A stretch of 64,000 nucleotides of DNA, taken from positions 3,589,795 to 3,653,794 of the forward strand of contig NC_081400.1 of the NCBI RefSeq assembly GCF_030684315.1. Reading direction: 5' to 3'. Shown here one piece after another: positions 63,171 to 64,000 of the stretch; the stretch's first letter is position 1; each line of letters opens with the position of its first letter. The position numbers and the translations under genes were made by a program. Origin of the DNA: Stegostoma tigrinum. Lineage: Eukaryota. Under the pieces are notes generated by a model. It did not search any database and was not told where the DNA came from. It saw only the letters and a list, made by a program, of their open reading frames with translations.

Positions 63171-64000
63171 AAGTTCAAGTCCTACCTGCTCCATCTCTGG
63201 AAAAACTGAGTTAAAATGTCAACACTAAGACATCAGATAAAGGGTAATTGTAGTCTTTTACCCAAAAACTGAGACCTCATAGATTTTTAAAAATGCAGGA
63301 TCAGCTATATTTTATCTCATTTGTGAAGTTTACCTAACGTTTCAATATGCACTCAAATTCAACAAGTCTTGACGGAAGGGTAGAGGCCTTGTATATTTAA
63401 GGCAGAGAAAGATAGATTCTTGCTTAGGACAGGAGTCAAGGTTGGAAGGAAAAGGCAGAAAAGTGGACGCGAGGGATTTCGGATCAGCCATGACCTTGTT
63501 GAATAGTGGAGCAGGCTTGAGGAGCCAAATAGCACATTCCTGTTCCTATTTCTTATGATCTTGTGCCATCAACAAAAACAACAGAGCACAGATTTATAAA
63601 CGGATTAAACATATTTATTTTCTTTCATATCCTTCAGTTCATATTCAATGACACCTCCCGAGAGGGCACTGTGTAATTGACATCTGCTGAGTGTGTGTGC
63701 AGTGAGGTCAGTGCAGAAAATTGGCTGACACATCCCTAGGAGAGACTGCACGATTAAAAGCGGCAATGTGCATACAACCTGATCCATACAAACAGTTCTA
63801 ACACTTGACAGCAGGAGATCATTTCAATGTATTTTGTATTGTTCATGCAGGAAAACATGAGAAGTGCTTAGAGTGCTATGCGCGAGAGATAGCACGTGGT
63901 GTACCATTGATAGTGTGAACAGGAGCATAAGGTCTGAAATGGGGTGGGGGTTAATTTGCCACTGAAATGCTGAGTGAGCAGGAGCTGAGGTCATTTAAGC

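Overview
Repeat-rich cartilaginous-fish DNA, probably a shark (inferred from the HE1-type SINEs, CR1 and Penelope families and the light-chain type). There are two intact genes. (1) An immunoglobulin light-chain gene of the elasmobranch type I class (NS5/sigma-cart) on the + strand. It has an octamer promoter, a leader exon (43756-43804), a V already fused in frame to J with no RSS and a 6-residue CDR3 (43886-44233), and a C exon (47063-47391); the spliced product is 241 aa. (2) A two-exon GPR139-like class A GPCR on the - strand (56402-57518, 332 aa). The 16-53 kb interval is an old tandem segmental duplication of the light-chain cluster flanks. One copy (~16.6-25.7 kb) keeps both flanks but has no V/J/C, and another is truncated. 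Each of the three 5'-flank copies carries a ~400-bp non-coding block with a PU.1-IRF composite site (EICE), E-boxes and a RUNX site. These sites are intact in the two gene-less copies and decayed in the copy next to the gene. Also present: a Tx1-type LINE 5' end, a ~2-kb inverted Penelope pair with hammerhead-ribozyme motifs, a decayed Gmr1-type Gypsy element (PR-IN-RT-RH) with its 3' LTR, a solo LTR with a 4-bp TSD, many CR1/Rex1/SINE fragments, 37-, 41- and 31-bp minisatellites, a templated-insertion scar, and heavily decayed ST8Sia-like and C2H2 zinc-finger remnants. There are three N gaps. All alignments were made by eye and repeat boundaries are approximate.
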